Origin: an uncultured Bacteroidota bacterium
GTDB taxonomy: Bacteria; Bacteroidota; Bacteroidia; Bacteroidales; GCA-2748055
Length of the DNA stretch: 64,000 nt
Direction of reading: 5' to 3'
Assembly: GCA_963713725.1 (NCBI GenBank)
Contig: CAVQMZ010000014.1
Location: 69,938 to 133,937 of the forward strand
The notes under the pieces were generated by a model that saw only the letters and a list, made by a program, of their open reading frames with translations, had not been told where the DNA came from and did not search any database. Positions 62,554 through 64,000 of this stretch are shown here, one piece after another; the stretch's first letter is position 1; each line of letters begins with the position of its first letter. The position numbers and the translations under genes were made by a program.

Positions 62554-62706
62554 TATTCTTTTCCGTTCATTCTATTTCATCCTAAATCTCTGATAACTTT
62601 CTAATTAGCTCATTTACAGCGCGAATTAAAATGTGCTTAAATGAACCGATATGAAAGATTTGTTTTCGTAATGTTTTCGCAATATCTTTACTAAAAGCTT
62701 TGTCCT

Positions 62707-63918
62707 ATGCCAAGTTACCATATACAATTGAATGACAAACCAATTTCAGGAACAAAAGAACATACGCTTCATTTTAGGATTACTGTGGATCGTATCCATG
62801 CCAAGATTAAGTTGGATTATTCCGTTACTAAAAAATATTTCAATCCAAAACCTCAGCAAAATAGGTATATAAGATCAATCACCCAAGGCATGCTATAATA
62901 AACTCAGAAATCGAGAGAAAAATTCAGGAAGCCAAGGATGCTGCAAAAGAATTATATGATGAAGGGAAAATGGTAACTGCCAAAGCAATAAAGGCTCGTT
63001 TGTTAAGGCCAAAGTCCTCAAGTTTTCTGCTCTATGCCGAGGATTACATAAGCAATTAAAACGTAAGAATAAAATTGCAAATGCAAAAAAGCATAATGTT
63101 GTACTGAATAAATTGGAGGAATACCTGGAAGGTGAAGATCTGATGTTCCAGGAAGATGAATCTTGAATTTCTAAATCATTTCAGGAATTTCTCGTAAAGA
63201 AGGGTAATAATCCTAATACTATCCATAATAATTTCACGGCCTTCAGGACAATATTTTATAAGGCGATTGAAGAAGGAAAGGTTAAGCAGGAACAAAATCC
63301 TTTCTTCAGTTTTAAACTAAAGTTGGCTTCGATTGAACGGTCCCGATTAAATTGTAGGAAATTGAAGCAATCGAAAATCTGGTGTTAAAGGAAGGATCAT
63401 TGACCTGGAATGTCAGAAATGCATTCTTGTTTTCATTCTACTGTGCAGGGATAAGGGCAAGTGATATCTTAATGATGAAATGGAAGAATATTGGTTGATG
63501 GAAGATTAATTTACCAAATGCATAAGACTAAAATGCACCATTCAATCAAACTGGTTGAAAAGGCTAACGGTATACTTGAGCTTTATAAGAAAACCGATTC
63601 TAAGCATTTTATTTTCCCATTCTTTAATAATGAATTTGACTATTCAGATCCACAATTTCTCTTTAACCAGATCAGTGCCAAAGACAGCCTTACTTAACAA
63701 GTACCTCAAGATAATTGCAACTAAGGCAGGAATTGAAAAGAAGATCTCAACCCATACAGCCAGACATAGTTTTGCAGATATAGCACGTCAGAAGACAGAT
63801 AATATCTATAACTTAAGCTAAAACTTTAGGTCATTCCAGCATTAAGATCACTGAAGCTTACCTGGCTTCATTTGATGAGAAGGCTGTGGATGATACTATG
63901 GATGAGGTATTTAGTTAG
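62707..63918 (+). CDS. Tyrosine recombinase/integrase (Bacteroidetes arm-binding + SAM-like + catalytic), multiply frameshifted
   Basis: N-terminal FRITVDR arm domain; FLFSFYCAGIRASD, QMHKT, STHTARHSFA, LGHSSIKITEAYL (R-K-H-R-H-Y). Stop at 63918. Confidence 0.9.
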
Positions 63919-64000
63919 TTTTATGATGCATGTTATATGGAGTTCACGTACACAGAGTTTAAGAAATTTAAGAGTAGGATTCTCAATATAGAAATTGTGG

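Noticed and set aside
62500-62610. Complete tRNA gene
   Set aside because: Only the last 23 nt are tRNA-like; the 5' T-stem, anticodon arm and D arm are missing.
1-63918. Many split genes as pseudogenes, phase variation or programmed frameshifting
   Set aside because: About 18 unrelated genes are broken by small indels while catalytic motifs stay intact, and the breaks cluster by region. This fits low-coverage long-read error; read polishing would decide.
62707-63918. The integrase as the integron integrase (IntI) of the cassette array
   Set aside because: It has an arm-binding N-terminus and I see no IntI-specific insertion. It sits beside a tRNA att core, which fits an island integrase. 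A role in trans is not excluded.

Overview
A 64-kb chromosomal segment from an anaerobic Bacteroidota (Bacteroidales-like) organism, inferred from TAnnTTTG -7 promoter boxes, a T9SS-tailed protein, a BlaI/M56-TonB pair and a Bacteroidetes-type tyrosine integrase. About 18 genes are split by small indels while long stretches are intact, which looks like long-read assembly error rather than decay. Positions 1-56,600 are mostly core genes: an RND/TolC efflux operon, mtaB, two sulfatases, deoC-mazG-dtd, a TetR-controlled Lol-like ABC operon, an ECF sigma/anti-sigma pair, rsgA, mnmH(selU) with a U32 protein, AsmA, pepE and a trimeric [FeFe]-hydrogenase whose beta subunit has non-bifurcating signatures. 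From about 56,700 the DNA is visibly more AT-rich and accessory. It holds three tandem lipoprotein paralogues, then an array of co-oriented cassettes (serine hydrolase, HigBA-like toxin-antitoxin, lipoprotein) separated by related attC-like hairpins. After that come a tRNA 3'-end att core and a tyrosine integrase. The best candidate for a poorly described system is this integron-like cassette array without an IntI. A candidate small RNA at about 18.6 kb is also notable. All calls come from reading motifs by eye; no database searches were run.
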